Below are positions 39,557 through 51,779 of a stretch of DNA of 64,000 nt, in pieces; position 1 is the stretch's first letter, and every line of letters starts with the position of its first letter. A model generated the notes under the pieces. That model saw only the letters and a list, made by a program, of their open reading frames with translations, was not told the DNA's origin and did not search any database. The stretch covers positions 352,001-416,000 of the forward strand of contig CAWBZI010000001.1 of assembly GCA_963793265.1 (NCBI GenBank), read 5' to 3'. The position numbers and the translations under genes were made by a program. The DNA comes from an uncultured cyanobacterium. GTDB lineage: Bacteria; Cyanobacteriota; Cyanobacteriia; Phormidesmidales; Phormidesmidaceae.

Positions 39557-40387
39557 ATGAAGCATCGCCAGCTCATTCCACCTTTTTTAGTTCCACCTTT
39601 TTTAGTAGGATTGATTGTCTCTTTTATCCTCAGTGCCTGCACCGGGGGGCCGCTGGCGGTGATGACAAATGTTTCGTCTGGCGATGCCTCACCAACGACA
39701 ACCCTTACGGTTTCAGCAGCGGCCAGTTTGCAAGCAGCGCTAGAGGCGATCGGGCCTCAGTTCAGCGCCGCCCACCCTAGCATCGCCATCCAATACAACT
39801 TCGGTGCTTCTGGGGCGCTACAGCAACAAATTCAGCAAGGCGCTCCCGCCGATGTCTTTTTCTCCGCAGCGTCTCAACAGATGGACGCGCTCGCCAAAGC
39901 GGAAATGATACTGCCGAACTCTCGGCGAGATATCGTCGCTAACGAGCTTGTCCTGATCGCTCCACCCAAAACGGACATCGCAATTACTGATTTAGCCCAG
40001 CTTAAAGATATCAACATCCAGCGCTTCGCCGTAGGAGAGTTTCGCAGCGTTCCCGCCGGACAATATGCCGAACAGGTCTTGAAGGAACTCGACCTACTGG
40101 CGGCTCTACAGTCCAAGTTTATCTTTGGCAACAACGTTCGCACAGTCCTCTCTGCGGTCGAAAGTGGTAACGCCGACCTGGGCATGGTCTACACTACCGA
40201 CGCAGCTCTCTCCGAACGAGTCACCGTACTCGCAACCGCGCCTGCTAGCGCTCACGAGCCTATCGACTATCCTGTTGCTATTGTAAAAGAGACTGCTGCG
40301 CCCGAAGCAGCACAAACCTTCATCCATTTTCTAACGACAGAGGCCGCCCAACAAACGTTCGAAGACTTCGGATTTAGCCGGAGCTAA
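39557..40387 (+). CDS. modA: Molybdate ABC transporter substrate-binding lipoprotein
   Basis: LSAC lipobox, VSAAASL, FGASGALQQQI, VPAGQYA, VYTTDA. Confidence 0.95.
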   Translation: MKHRQLIPPFLVPPFLVGLIVSFILSACTGGPLAVMTNVSSGDASPTTTLTVSAAASLQAALEAIGPQFSAAHPSIAIQYNFGASGALQQQIQQGAPADVFFSAASQQMDALAKAEMILPNSRRDIVANELVLIAPPKTDIAITDLAQLKDINIQRFAVGEFRSVPAGQYAEQVLKELDLLAALQSKFIFGNNVRTVLSAVESGNADLGMVYTTDAALSERVTVLATAPASAHEPIDYPVAIVKETAAPEAAQTFIHFLTTEAAQQTFEDFGFSRS

Positions 40388-40391
40388 CCCC

Positions 40392-42287
40392 ATGTTCGAC
40401 CTCTCTCCGCTGTGGATCTCTTTGCGTATTGCAGCGATCGCTACCTTCATCACCTTCTTCCTGGGCATCGCCGCTGCCCACAGCATGCAGCGCTATCGAG
40501 GCCGCTGGCGATCGCTCCTTGACGGTCTCTTTCTTGCCCCCCTCGTCCTGCCGCCAACTGTCCTTGGCTTCTTACTCCTGCTGCTGCTAGGCAAAAACGG
40601 GCCTTTAGGCAAATTGCTTGCAACCGTTGGTATCAGTGTCGTCTTCACGTGGTACGCCGCCGTCATCACCGCAACGGTTGTCGCCTTCCCGCTGATGTAC
40701 AAAACCACCTCAGGCGCGTTTGAACAAATCGACCGCAGCCTGCAACAGGCCGCCAGAACCCTGGGCGCGTCAGAATTCACCGTTTTCTGGCGTATCACAC
40801 TCCCCCTATCACTGCCCAGTCTGCTCGCCGGAACCACCCTCGCCTTCGCTCGTGCCCTCGGCGAATTTGGCGCGACTCTCATGCTGGCAGGCAACATTCC
40901 TGGCCGTACGCAAACCCTCCCGATGGCCATCTACTTCGCTGTCGAAGGTGGTGACTTTCGTGAAGCTGCCCTGTGGTCATCGGCCATTCTTATCCTCTCT
41001 CTAGGCGCAATTATTCTCGTCAATCAGTTCGCCCACCGCAAAACTTTCCTCAGACAAAGCTCTGCTTTTACCTTTATCTCCCCAAAGAACAACCTCCCCT
41101 CTCCCCTCTCTTCGACTACGCTCAGGGCATCGCCCCAAATCTCTCGTACGCTGAGCGTAGCCGAAGCACACGCCTTCCCGCTCTCTTCCCTGGAAGTCAA
41201 CATCCGCAAACAGCTACCCAAGTTCACACTCAGCGTCAATTTCACCACAGACAACCAGCATCCGCTAGGTCTTCTCGGCGCATCTGGCGCAGGAAAAAGT
41301 CTCATTCTCAGGTGCATTGCTGGCATAGAAACGCCTGATGAAGGACGTATTGTCCTCAACGGACGGGTGCTGTTCGATTCGCACTTGGGCATTAACGTGC
41401 CTGCTTGCGATCGCAAAGTCGGCATTCTGTTTCAAAACTACGCCCTGTTCCCCCACCTAAGCGTCGCAGATAATATAGCCTTTGGCCTTCAGCAACAGCG
41501 CTCCTCTCATCGACCCAAGCACTCAAGAAAAGCAATCGAAGCCATCATTACTCAGCAGCTCTTAGCCGTTCAGCTTGAGTCTTTATCCCATCGCTATCCC
41601 ACCGAACTTTCTGGCGGACAGCAACAGAGAGTCGCGCTAGCAAGAGCCCTATCCAGTCAGCCAGAAGTCCTGCTGCTCGACGAACCCTTTTCCGCCCTCG
41701 ACACGCATCTACGCAGCCAAATCGAACAACAGCTGATCGCCCGCTTGCAAACCTACAGCGGTATTACCCTCTTAGTCACTCACGACTTAGAAGAAGCCTA
41801 CCGCGTATGCGACGATTTGCTGGTTGTCGATAGCGGGACGCTGGCTGCCCACGCGCCCAAACATCAAATATTCGAGCAGCCTCGCACTGTCGCAATGGCT
41901 AAGCTAACCGGATGCAAAAACTTTTCACCGGCGATCGCCCGTGGCCCTCAGCAAGTAGAAGCTATGCACTGGAAATGTCTTTTACAAACGGTCGAACCGA
42001 TTCCTAAAAATCTCTCTCAGGTTGGCATTCGCGCTCATCAAGTGACCTTTCTAGAGGCTCACCATCCGCCTGTGCCGAACACCTTTCGCTGTTGGCTAGC
42101 CGCAACCAGCGAAACCCCGCACCGCATGACGTTATACCTAAAGATTCATTGTCCGCCCAACCACGAGCGCGACTATCATTTGCGCGTAGAAGTCTTTAAA
42201 GAAAAGTGGTCTTCGCTTAAGATGCGTCCGCTACCTTGGAAAGTCTGTTTAGATCCGCTGCGGCTGATTTTGTTAGAAGACTCCTGA
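40392..42287 (+). CDS. modB: Fused molybdate ABC permease/ATPase (ModBC)
   Basis: PLVLPPTVLG and FARALGEFGAT, then GASGAGKS, LSGGQQQR, LLLDEP. Confidence 0.93.
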   Translation: MFDLSPLWISLRIAAIATFITFFLGIAAAHSMQRYRGRWRSLLDGLFLAPLVLPPTVLGFLLLLLLGKNGPLGKLLATVGISVVFTWYAAVITATVVAFPLMYKTTSGAFEQIDRSLQQAARTLGASEFTVFWRITLPLSLPSLLAGTTLAFARALGEFGATLMLAGNIPGRTQTLPMAIYFAVEGGDFREAALWSSAILILSLGAIILVNQFAHRKTFLRQSSAFTFISPKNNLPSPLSSTTLRASPQISRTLSVAEAHAFPLSSLEVNIRKQLPKFTLSVNFTTDNQHPLGLLGASGAGKSLILRCIAGIETPDEGRIVLNGRVLFDSHLGINVPACDRKVGILFQNYALFPHLSVADNIAFGLQQQRSSHRPKHSRKAIEAIITQQLLAVQLESLSHRYPTELSGGQQQRVALARALSSQPEVLLLDEPFSALDTHLRSQIEQQLIARLQTYSGITLLVTHDLEEAYRVCDDLLVVDSGTLAAHAPKHQIFEQPRTVAMAKLTGCKNFSPAIARGPQQVEAMHWKCLLQTVEPIPKNLSQVGIRAHQVTFLEAHHPPVPNTFRCWLAATSETPHRMTLYLKIHCPPNHERDYHLRVEVFKEKWSSLKMRPLPWKVCLDPLRLILLEDS

Positions 42288-42347
42288 GTGAGAAGCGTCA
42301 AAATCTTTTTTAAGCGGAGCGGAGGTCGGGGTGGGTCAGCAACTCCC

Positions 42348-43112
42348 CTAGCTCGCCTTCACGCCCTGTAGAGCGAAAATATCTATCGCCTGTTGAACCT
42401 GCGCAGGCGTCGGCGTCGGCGTCTCTGAGAGCGGATAGTCATATCCCATCGCCTGCCACTTGTATTTACCCATCTGATGGAAAGGCAGTATCTCTACTTT
42501 CTCAACAGATTTTAGATTTGCAACAAATTTGGCGACGCCCGCAATGTTGTCTGGCGCGTCGGTGAGTCCTGGCACCAGAACAAAGCGAACCCAGGTAGGC
42601 TTGCCAATCGTACTCAGATAGTTGGCAAAGCGAAGAGTTGGTTCTATAGAGACGCTGGTGACTTGGTGATAGGTGTGCGGATCGAACGATTTGATGTCTA
42701 GAAGAACCAGATCGGTATGGTCTAGCACGGGTTGCGATCGCTCAAAATCAGGAAAGCCCGAAGTATCCAAAGTCGTATGAATTTCCAGCGCCTGACATTG
42801 CCGAAAAATCTCTCTAACAAACTCGGGCTGCAGCAGTGGCTCGCCGCCCGAGATTGTCACTCCGCCGCCGGAAGCTTGCATGTAAACGCGATATCTTCCA
42901 ATCTCTTCGACTAGCTCTTCTACCGTGACGAGCTTTCCGCCCGTTAGGTCGCGGGTATCTGGATTGTGACAGTACTGACAGCGCAGTAAGCACCCTTGGG
43001 TGAAAATCACAAACCGAATACCTGGCCCGTCTACGGTGCCGCAGGTCTCGACTGAGTGAATGCGGCCCTGGAGGGAAGTGGGGGAGAGATGGAAAGGGGG
43101 AGAGAGGGGCAT
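42348..43112 (-). CDS. pflA: Pyruvate formate-lyase activating enzyme
   Basis: VDGPGIRF, CLLRCQYCHNPDT, SGGEP. Confidence 0.96.
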   Translation of the reverse strand: MPLSPPFHLSPTSLQGRIHSVETCGTVDGPGIRFVIFTQGCLLRCQYCHNPDTRDLTGGKLVTVEELVEEIGRYRVYMQASGGGVTISGGEPLLQPEFVREIFRQCQALEIHTTLDTSGFPDFERSQPVLDHTDLVLLDIKSFDPHTYHQVTSVSIEPTLRFANYLSTIGKPTWVRFVLVPGLTDAPDNIAGVAKFVANLKSVEKVEILPFHQMGKYKWQAMGYDYPLSETPTPTPAQVQQAIDIFALQGVKAS

Positions 43113-43130
43113 GGATTGAAGAATCCCTGG

Positions 43131-45407
43131 TTAAAACCGATCGTGGAACGTCCGGTTAATGACGTCGAGCTGTTGTTCGCGCGTGAGCTTAATGAAGTTC
43201 ACTGCGTAGCCTGAGACTCGAATGGTGAGCTGGGGATATTCTTCGGGATGCTCCATGGCATCAAGGAGCGTCTCTCGGTTGAGGACGTTGATGTTGATGT
43301 GGTGGCCCGTGTTGTGGAAGTAGCCGTCGAGCAGTCCGACGAGATTGTTGATCTGGTCGTCAGTCTGTTTGCCGAGGGCTTGAGGAACAATTGAGAAGGT
43401 GAAAGAGATCCCGTCTTGAGCGTCATCGTAAGGGAGTTTGGCGACTGATTCGCAGGCAGCGATCGCCCCCTTAGTATCTCGACCATGCATAGGATTCGCC
43501 CCTGGGCCAAACGGCTCACCTGCCTTGCGTCCGTCTGGGGTATTCCCTGTCTTTTTGCCGTACACCACGTTAGAGGTGATGGTCAAAATAGACTGCGTGG
43601 GGGTCGCGTTGCGATAGGTAGGACACTGGCGAATCTTGTTCATAAAGCGGCTCACCAGATCGGCTGTAATCGAATCTACCCGGTCATCATTGTTGCCAAA
43701 CTGAGGATAGTCGCCCTCAATTTCATAATCGACCGCCAGGCCCTCTTCATTTCTCAACACTTTCACCGTGCTGTACTTAATCGCTGAGAGCGCGTCGCCA
43801 ACTACCGAGAGTCCGGCAATGCCGGAGGCCATGGTGCGGTAGACTTCGCGGTCGTGCAGCGCCATCTCTAAGCGCTCGTAGCAGTACTTGTCGTGCATGA
43901 AGTGAATCACGTTGAGCGTGTTCACATACAGCTTGGCTAGCCAGTCCAACGTGGGGTCGAATTTGGCCATCACCTCGTCATAGTCGAGCTGGTTAGCCGT
44001 AATAGGTTCGGTTTCCGGCCCTACCTGATGGCCAGATTTTTCGTCTTTACCGCCGTTGATGGCGTACAGTAGCGCTTTGGCGAGGTTGACCCTGGCTCCA
44101 AAGAACTGCATTTGCTTGCCGATTCGCATCGCTGAGACGCAGCAGGCAATACCGTAGTCGTCTCCGTAGAGCGGACGCATCAGGTCGTCGTTTTCGTATT
44201 GGATAGAGCTGGTGTCAACAGAGACTTTGGCACAGAACTGTTTAAATGCCTTGGGAAGCTGTTCAGACCAGAGCACTGTGAGGTTTGGCTCGGGCGCAGG
44301 CCCTAAGTTATAAAGCGTTTGCAGAAAGCGGAAGCTAGACTTGGTGACCAGCGCTCGGCCATCTTCACCCACACCGCCAATCGCTTCGGTGACCCAAACC
44401 GGATCGCCAGAGAACAACTCGTTGTAGGCAGGCGCACGTAAAAAGCGCACCATTCTGAGCTTGCTAACTAAATGGTCAATCAGCTCTTGAGCTTCGGACT
44501 CGTTGAGTACCCCGTTGTTCAGATCTCGCTCAATATAGATATCGAGAAAAGTAGACACACGCCCGAAGGACATCGCCGCGCCGTTTTGTTCTTTGATTGC
44601 GCCTAAGTAGCCGAAGTAAGTCCACTGAATCGCTTCTTTGGCGTTGGCCGCAGGCTGGCTAATGTCTAGCCCGTAGGTCGCTGCCATCTCTTGGAGTTCT
44701 TGGAGGGCGCGGATTTGTTCGCTGATTTCTTCGCGATCGCGAATCACCGTTTCAGACATTACCGCATTTTCGGTTTCGCTAAGCTGCGCCTTCTTATCGG
44801 CCACTAACCGCTCAATGCCGTAGAGCGCCACCCGTCGGTAGTCGCCAATAATCCGACCTCGACCGTAGGCATCGGGCAGGCCAGTGATAATGCCCGCATG
44901 ACGCGCCTGTCGCATTTCGGGCGTGTAGGCATCGAATACGCCGTCGTTGTGAGTTTTGCGATACTTGGTGAAAATCTCATGCAGGGCCGGATCAATGCTG
45001 TAGCCGTATGCTTCTAGAGACTTTTCGGCGACTCGAATGCCGCCCAGTGGCATGATAGAACGCTTCAAAGGCCGATCGGTTTGCAGCCCGACAATCTGTT
45101 CTAAACCCTCGTCTACATAGCCTGCATCGTGAGCGGTAATGCCCGCTGGCACCTGGGTATCTGCATCCAAAACGCCCTGCTCGCGCTCTTGCTTCATCAG
45201 CACGGCAATCTGTGCCCAGAGCTGTTGAGTGCGAGGGGTGGCTTCGGCGAGGAATGTGCGATCGCCCTCATACGGACGATAATTCTGTTGAATGAACTCG
45301 CGTACAGCGATTGTTTCCGTCCAACTGCCAGGGGTAAAGCCTTCCCAAGCATCCTTAGTCTTGGCTCTTGGCGTTGAGAGCGATGATTTGAGAGGAGTAG
45401 CAACCAT
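43131..45407 (-). CDS. pflB: Pyruvate formate-lyase
   Basis: IACCVS active site and [10 protein letters not shown] glycyl-radical loop. Confidence 0.98.
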   Translation of the reverse strand: MVATPLKSSLSTPRAKTKDAWEGFTPGSWTETIAVREFIQQNYRPYEGDRTFLAEATPRTQQLWAQIAVLMKQEREQGVLDADTQVPAGITAHDAGYVDEGLEQIVGLQTDRPLKRSIMPLGGIRVAEKSLEAYGYSIDPALHEIFTKYRKTHNDGVFDAYTPEMRQARHAGIITGLPDAYGRGRIIGDYRRVALYGIERLVADKKAQLSETENAVMSETVIRDREEISEQIRALQELQEMAATYGLDISQPAANAKEAIQWTYFGYLGAIKEQNGAAMSFGRVSTFLDIYIERDLNNGVLNESEAQELIDHLVSKLRMVRFLRAPAYNELFSGDPVWVTEAIGGVGEDGRALVTKSSFRFLQTLYNLGPAPEPNLTVLWSEQLPKAFKQFCAKVSVDTSSIQYENDDLMRPLYGDDYGIACCVSAMRIGKQMQFFGARVNLAKALLYAINGGKDEKSGHQVGPETEPITANQLDYDEVMAKFDPTLDWLAKLYVNTLNVIHFMHDKYCYERLEMALHDREVYRTMASGIAGLSVVGDALSAIKYSTVKVLRNEEGLAVDYEIEGDYPQFGNNDDRVDSITADLVSRFMNKIRQCPTYRNATPTQSILTITSNVVYGKKTGNTPDGRKAGEPFGPGANPMHGRDTKGAIAACESVAKLPYDDAQDGISFTFSIVPQALGKQTDDQINNLVGLLDGYFHNTGHHININVLNRETLLDAMEHPEEYPQLTIRVSGYAVNFIKLTREQQLDVINRTFHDRF

Positions 45408-45437
45408 AAAACACCTTCCTATCGATATAACGTGCAA

Positions 45438-48140
45438 TCAAAGAGAGTAATCAACAAACTTTTCAGCGGTCTCAGCATTTTCAGCGCCTTGCATGGCAGA
45501 AAGATCTTGCAGCCGCAGAGGAAGACCGCCAACCACTAACGGAGAATCTCCTCGGTAGGCTTGCAGCAACAGCTCGCGCAAGTCGCTAATTAGCGGATAG
45601 CGAGGATTGGCCGACGTACACTGATCGTCAAAAGCATGATCCGCAAGGCCATCTAACTGAGCGTAAAATTCAGACTCAGGAATGTCCAGCACCGCTGACA
45701 TGGCGGTGGGAATGTCCACTTGCGATTTCAGCTCTTCAATTGCGCCAATCAGCCGATTGACCTTTTCGTGGTCTGTGGTTCCGCCTAAATGGAGATAATC
45801 GGCCACTTGCGCATAGCGCCACTGAGCGTTGGGATACTTGTACTGAGAGAACGTGGCCTGCTTAAAGGGCGCATCGGTTGCGTTATAGCGAATCACGTGG
45901 GAGATCATCAGGGCGTTCGCCAGTCCGTGAGGAATGTGGAACGTTGCGCCTAGCTGATGCGCCATGGAGTGACAAATGCCCAGAAAGCTGTTGGCAAAGG
46001 CCATGCCTGCAATGGTCGAGGCGTAGTGCATTCTCTCTCTGGCTTCTGGGTCATTATGTCCAGCGCTATACGCTCTAGGGAGATACCTGAAGATCAGCCC
46101 AATGGCCTCTAGTGCCAGTCCGTTGGTAAAATCAGAGGCCATCACCGAGGCATAGGCTTCTAGCGCGTGGGTGAGTGCATCAATCCCGCCGAAAGCGGTT
46201 AAAGCCTTCGGCAAATTCAGTACTAGATCTGAATCTACAATGGCCATCGTTGGCGTTAAGGCGTAGTCGGCGAGCGGATACTTAATCCCATTCTTGCGGT
46301 CGGTAACCACGGCAAACGGCGTGACTTCTGACCCTGTTCCTGACGTTGTTGGAACCGCGACTAATATCGCTTTCTCTCCTAATGGCGGCAGCTCGTATAC
46401 TCGCTTGCGAATATCCATAAACCGCATAGCCAGTCCGTCAAAGGCAATATCGGGATGCTCGTACATCAGCCACATAATTTTGGCCGCATCCATGGGCGAG
46501 CCACCACCGATAGCCACAATCACATCGGGGTTAAACTGTTGCATCATCGCCACGCCCTTGTTGACCGTATCCAGGGAGGGGTCGGGCTCTACATCGTAGA
46601 AAATTTGGCTTTTGATCCCAAGGGTGTCTAACGTCTCTTCGACAACGCGGGTCATCCCCAAATCGTAGAGGGGTTTGTCTGTAACGATGAAAGCGCGTTG
46701 GCGATCGCTCAGTTCGCCTAGCGCAACGGGCAAAGACCCTGGCTTAAAGTAAACTTTTGGCGGTACCCGGAACCAGAGCATATTCTCTCGCCGTTCGGCC
46801 ACTGTTTTTACATTGAGTAAGTGGCGAGGCTCTACATTGGCGCTCAAGGAGTTGCCACCCCAGCTGCCGCAGCCCAGGGTCAAAGACGGATCGAGTCTAA
46901 AGTTGTACAAGTCACCAATGGCCCCTTGAGAGGCTGGCGTGTTAATGAGCACGCGGCTAGTTTCTATCAGCGACTCGAACTGTTGAATATGCTCGGTGTT
47001 GTCCGGTTTGGTATACAGCACCGCCGTATGCCCGCGACCAGCAAAGGTCACCAGCTCTTTTACTTTGTCTAGACCCTCGTCAAAGTCTGTCGCTCGATAC
47101 ATGGCCAAAATAGGCGTCAGCTTTTCATAGGACAGCGGCTCTGTTGGGCCAATCTCTTCGACTTCTGCAATCAAGACGCGGGTGTTTTTAGGAACATCAA
47201 TGCCAGCCATCTCAGCTAGATTCGCGACCGACTGACCGACAATCTCTGGATTTAACCGACCATTGAGCAAAATCTTATCGGCTAGTCGCTGCTGCTCCTT
47301 TGGGGTGGCAAAGTAAGCGCCCCGATTTAAAAACTCTTCTTTAACCGTCTCATATACGTCGTTTTCGACGATAACAGACTGCTCGCTGGCACAGATCATG
47401 CCATTGTCGAACGTTTTGCTGAGTAGAATAGAAGACACCGCCGTTTTAAGATCGGCGCTATTATCAATCAACGCTGGAGTGTTGCCAGCTCCCACACCCA
47501 AAGAGGGATGCCCTGAAGAGTAAGCGGCCTTTACCATGCTTGGCCCGCCAGTCGCGAGCACCAGACTTACCGATGAGTGACTCATCAGCGCCTGAGAGAG
47601 TTCGATAGAAGGCTGATCGATCCACCCAATAATCGAAGCGGGTGCGCCAGCTTTGACGGCAGCATCTAACACGGTGCGAGCTGCCGCAATTGTACAGAGC
47701 CTTGCTCTGGGGTGAGGCGACAATATAATCGCATTGCGCGTTTTAAGCGCAATCAATGTTTTGAATATTGCGGTTGACGTTGGGTTAGTAACAGGCACAA
47801 TGCCCGCCAATATGCCCATTGGCTCAGCAATTTTTTGAATACCAAAGGTTGGATCGGCTTCAATAATGCCGCAGGTTTTCTCGTGCTTATACTTGTTATA
47901 AATGATCTCGGAGGCAAAGTGGTTTTTAATCACTTTGTCCTCGACGACACCCATTCCTGTCTCGGCAACGGCTTGCTTAGCTAGCGGCAGCCTGGCGGTG
48001 TTTGCAGCTAAAGCAGCCATCTTAAAAATACGATCGACCTGCTCCTGCGAATAGGTAGCGTATTCAGATTGAGCTGCCTCGACTGATTCAATTAAGGCTT
48101 CTAATGTCTCAATAGAGTTTGTTTTTGGGTAGTCAACCAT
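45438..48140 (-). CDS. adhE: Bifunctional acetaldehyde-CoA/alcohol dehydrogenase
   Basis: FDNGMICASEQ, VAERRENM linker, GGGSPMDAAK, CHSMAH. Confidence 0.97.
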   Translation of the reverse strand: MVDYPKTNSIETLEALIESVEAAQSEYATYSQEQVDRIFKMAALAANTARLPLAKQAVAETGMGVVEDKVIKNHFASEIIYNKYKHEKTCGIIEADPTFGIQKIAEPMGILAGIVPVTNPTSTAIFKTLIALKTRNAIILSPHPRARLCTIAAARTVLDAAVKAGAPASIIGWIDQPSIELSQALMSHSSVSLVLATGGPSMVKAAYSSGHPSLGVGAGNTPALIDNSADLKTAVSSILLSKTFDNGMICASEQSVIVENDVYETVKEEFLNRGAYFATPKEQQRLADKILLNGRLNPEIVGQSVANLAEMAGIDVPKNTRVLIAEVEEIGPTEPLSYEKLTPILAMYRATDFDEGLDKVKELVTFAGRGHTAVLYTKPDNTEHIQQFESLIETSRVLINTPASQGAIGDLYNFRLDPSLTLGCGSWGGNSLSANVEPRHLLNVKTVAERRENMLWFRVPPKVYFKPGSLPVALGELSDRQRAFIVTDKPLYDLGMTRVVEETLDTLGIKSQIFYDVEPDPSLDTVNKGVAMMQQFNPDVIVAIGGGSPMDAAKIMWLMYEHPDIAFDGLAMRFMDIRKRVYELPPLGEKAILVAVPTTSGTGSEVTPFAVVTDRKNGIKYPLADYALTPTMAIVDSDLVLNLPKALTAFGGIDALTHALEAYASVMASDFTNGLALEAIGLIFRYLPRAYSAGHNDPEARERMHYASTIAGMAFANSFLGICHSMAHQLGATFHIPHGLANALMISHVIRYNATDAPFKQATFSQYKYPNAQWRYAQVADYLHLGGTTDHEKVNRLIGAIEELKSQVDIPTAMSAVLDIPESEFYAQLDGLADHAFDDQCTSANPRYPLISDLRELLLQAYRGDSPLVVGGLPLRLQDLSAMQGAENAETAEKFVDYSL

Positions 48141-48987
48141 ATCAATCAAAGGTCTCTCTTCTACAGTACTCTTTATCGCTTATCCGCAGGCAAAGATATG
48201 TTTGCAGATCTATCTTGCTCTTTCGTTAGGCTTCCAGATTCTGCTACTACGCACAACCTTAACGGGTGTAGCTGGGTTCTAAAGATGTATTAACTAATCT
48301 TGGTGATAGATTTGCCTCTATCATACCGTCAGCACAGGAAACTCTTTACAAAGAACAGCCATTGAGTAATATAAACAAGAGACAGTATTGTCGTAGATGG
48401 CTAGTAAAACTTGTTGGCAGGGTGGCGAAGGTCGGGGTGGGTAATAACCTGACGCTATAAGCCAATTTCAACCGCTAAACAAATACATGCTGCCTCTTGT
48501 TTATGCCTAAAGTTTTGTGCCTAAAGTTGTTTATGCCTAAAGGTTAGTAGGGACGGCTGGTAAAAGAATTTTCTAGTTAGGTGTTATTTAAAAACCTAGT
48601 CTCTGTGCAATTCCTGTTGCATCTGCTTAAGCGTAGTCTAATTTAGAGGGTTTGGATCGCAATGTCATCAAAAATAAATCTTACCGTTTTCCTTATACAA
48701 AGAGTATTCTGAGAATTCTCAAGCGGTTTCTGACTAGCTTTTACTTAAACGACTTTCAAATGGCTTTAATCGGCTGTAGAACAATTTTTGAGTAGTTTAT
48801 TGTTTGCTTTAAATTAACTCGATTTCAGTTGAGTTAGGTTCAAAAATGTTTATGTAGAACACATTTACAGAGAAAAATTAATTAAAAACGAGATGAATCA
48901 TAAGGAAAAGCTTTTTGAATCGCTTTTAGCTGTTTTTTTAACCTGTCTTTTATCTGCAAGAGTCCTGACCTACCAGAACGAACCCTT

Positions 48988-51759
48988 ATGACATCTGTAA
49001 TGCAACGCCGCTCCGACCCAGCGCATGATGTTCTTCGCACCCGTCGTCAGCCGCTAGACGCGTTCTTTAATCCTCAAACGGTTGCCCTCATCGGCGCAAC
49101 CGATAAGCCCACTAGCGTCGGTCGTCGCCTACTTTGGAATTTAATTCAAACGCCCTTTGGTGGCACAGTGTATCCGGTGAACCCGAAACGCTCTAGCGTA
49201 CTAGGCATTAAAGCTTATGCACAGCTAGACGATGTACCCGAACCCGTTGATTTAGCGATTATTGCGACACCAGCTCATACCGTTCCTCAAGTGCTGCGCG
49301 ATTGCGTGGCGGCTGGGGTGAAAGGGGCAATTGTGGTGTCGGCTGGATTTAAGGAAGTCGGGACAGCAGGGATCGCTTTGGAAGAAGAGATCTTGGCGAT
49401 ATTGAAAGCCTCGAACCTGCGACTAGTTGGCCCTAACTGTTTAGGCGTGATGAATTCTCATACTGGGTTTAATGGCACGTTTGCAGGTGCGATCGCCTCT
49501 CCAGGAAATGTGGGCTTCATCAGTCAAAGCGGCGCGCTCTGTACCTCCATGCTGGACTGGAGCTTTAGAGAGAATGTGGGCTTTAGCACTTTTGTCTCGG
49601 TTGGGTCGATGCTAGATGTTGGCTGGGGCGACTTAATCAACTACATGGGTGACGATCCTAATACCGAAAGTATCGTTATTTACATGGAGTCTATTGGTGA
49701 TGCCCGCGCGTTCTTATCGGCAGCGCGCGAAGTCGCACTGACCAAACCTATTATCGTCATCAAAGCCGGGCGTACCGAGGCAGCAGCGGCAGCAGCGGCT
49801 TCTCATACAGGCGCGCTAACCGGCAGCGATGAAGTGTTAGATGCCGCTTTTCGACGCTGCGGCGTCCTGCGAGTCGATAGCATTGACGATTTGTTTAATC
49901 TCTCTCAAATTTTGGCAAAGCAGCCTAGATCTAAAGGCAATCGCTTAACCATTTTGACCAATGCGGGGGGGCCAGGGGTCTTGGCAACAGATGCGCTAAT
50001 TCGCAACGGCGGCCAGCTCGCTAAGCTGTCGCCGCAAACCATCAGCGAGCTAGATGCTTGTATGCCAGCGCAGTGGAGCCGTCGGAATCCCATTGATATT
50101 TTGGGCGATGCTACCCCTGAGCGCTATCAGCAGGCGTTAGAGATTGTTAGAAAAGATCCTAACAGCGATGGGTTGTTGGTAATTTTGACGCCTCAGGCGA
50201 TGACCGATCCCCTGAACACGGCTGAGAAAATTCAGGCGCTGCGTCCAGCAGACGGCGGGCCGATGTTAGCGAGTTGGATGGGACAAAAGACCGTTCAACC
50301 CGGTGAAGATGTCCTGAATCGGGCCGGTATTTTTACGTTGCCCTATCCGGATACCGCTGCCAAAGTGTTTACTCAAATGTGGCGATATTCTCGCAATTTG
50401 CACAGCCTGTACGAGACGCCCGCATTTGCTGAAGAGATTGCACAAGCAGGCACCGCTAAAGTGCTTATCGATCGCGTTCGTCAAGAGAATCGAACGCTTA
50501 TGACTGAGTTGGAGTCGCAGATGGTGCTTTCTGCCTATGGGATTCCGACAGTTGTTAGTCAAACAGCAACCTCGGCGGAGGCAGCGGTTACTTGCGCTCA
50601 AACCATTGGCTATCCAGTGGTGCTGAAGCTGTGGTCGCAAACCATTACCCACAAAACGGATGTGGGTGGCGTGTACCTTAATTTATCGAGCGATCGCGCC
50701 GTGTGCGAAGCCTTCGACGCTATTCGAGCAGCGGTTGCAACGGTCAGTGCAGATCCGGCGGCTTTTCTGGGGGTCACCGTGCAGCCAATGGTGCCGCCAG
50801 ATGGGTATGAGCTTATTTTAGGCAGCGCCGTAGATCCTCAGTTCGGGCCAGTGTTGTTGTTTGGTCTGGGGGGCGAACTGGTCGAAGTCTTTCAAGATCG
50901 AGCGTTGGGACTGCCGCCGCTAAATACGACGCTGGCTCGGCGGATGATGGAGCGCACTCGTATTTATCAGGCACTCAAAGGCGTTAGAGGACGGGAGGCG
51001 GTTAACTTAGCCAATCTTGAAAAGCTTTTGGTCAGATTCAGTCGATTGGTGATTGAGCAGCCCTGGATTAAGGAAATAGACATTAATCCACTGAGGGTGA
51101 GTTCTAGCAGTGTGAGGACAAGTGAGGCTAAGAGTCACTCTGGGCATGAAGCTATCGCGCTAGATGCCCGTATCATTCTGCACCCGCCTAATCTCTCTAT
51201 AGAAGACTTACCCAAGCCCGCTATTCGTCCCTATCCCCATCAGTACGAGACTAGCTGGACGCTCAAAAATGGAGAGTCTGTACTGATTCGACCCATTGAG
51301 CCGGAAGATGAGCCTTTAGTGGTTGCTTTTCATCGAACGCTCTCTGATGAAAGTGTTTATCTTCGTTATTCTCACTTATTTAAGCTCAGTCGGAGAACGG
51401 CTCACGAGCGTTTGACGCGCATTTGCTTTATTGATTATGACCACGAGATCGCGCTGGTGGTAGAGGCTGGTAAAGGTGATAATCGGTCGATTTTGGGCGT
51501 GGGACGGCTCAGTCAATTTCCAGGAACGCAAACGGTTGAACTGTCCATGCTTGTGAGCGATCGCTATCAGCATCAGGGCATCGGCAATCAGCTCATGCAA
51601 ATGCTCATCGCAGTTGCCCAAGAAGAAAGAATTAGCCAAATCGTGGCCGAAATCCTACCTGAAAATAGGCCGATGCAAAAACTTTGCCGCAAGTATGGGT
51701 TCCAGATAGAGAGCCATCAATTGGGCGATATGGTAAAAGCCACGCTGCACTTGTCCTAA
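48988..51759 (+). CDS. Acetate-CoA ligase (ADP-forming) family protein with C-terminal GNAT
   Basis: [42 protein letters not shown], then IRPIEPED and QHQGIG. Confidence 0.93.
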   Translation: MTSVMQRRSDPAHDVLRTRRQPLDAFFNPQTVALIGATDKPTSVGRRLLWNLIQTPFGGTVYPVNPKRSSVLGIKAYAQLDDVPEPVDLAIIATPAHTVPQVLRDCVAAGVKGAIVVSAGFKEVGTAGIALEEEILAILKASNLRLVGPNCLGVMNSHTGFNGTFAGAIASPGNVGFISQSGALCTSMLDWSFRENVGFSTFVSVGSMLDVGWGDLINYMGDDPNTESIVIYMESIGDARAFLSAAREVALTKPIIVIKAGRTEAAAAAAASHTGALTGSDEVLDAAFRRCGVLRVDSIDDLFNLSQILAKQPRSKGNRLTILTNAGGPGVLATDALIRNGGQLAKLSPQTISELDACMPAQWSRRNPIDILGDATPERYQQALEIVRKDPNSDGLLVILTPQAMTDPLNTAEKIQALRPADGGPMLASWMGQKTVQPGEDVLNRAGIFTLPYPDTAAKVFTQMWRYSRNLHSLYETPAFAEEIAQAGTAKVLIDRVRQENRTLMTELESQMVLSAYGIPTVVSQTATSAEAAVTCAQTIGYPVVLKLWSQTITHKTDVGGVYLNLSSDRAVCEAFDAIRAAVATVSADPAAFLGVTVQPMVPPDGYELILGSAVDPQFGPVLLFGLGGELVEVFQDRALGLPPLNTTLARRMMERTRIYQALKGVRGREAVNLANLEKLLVRFSRLVIEQPWIKEIDINPLRVSSSSVRTSEAKSHSGHEAIALDARIILHPPNLSIEDLPKPAIRPYPHQYETSWTLKNGESVLIRPIEPEDEPLVVAFHRTLSDESVYLRYSHLFKLSRRTAHERLTRICFIDYDHEIALVVEAGKGDNRSILGVGRLSQFPGTQTVELSMLVSDRYQHQGIGNQLMQMLIAVAQEERISQIVAEILPENRPMQKLCRKYGFQIESHQLGDMVKATLHLS

Positions 51760-51779
51760 GCAGTATTCTCCTGAGCAAT

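Noticed and set aside
48841..48870. NtcA site near the acetate-CoA ligase
   Set aside because: GTA and TAC are not 8 nt apart.
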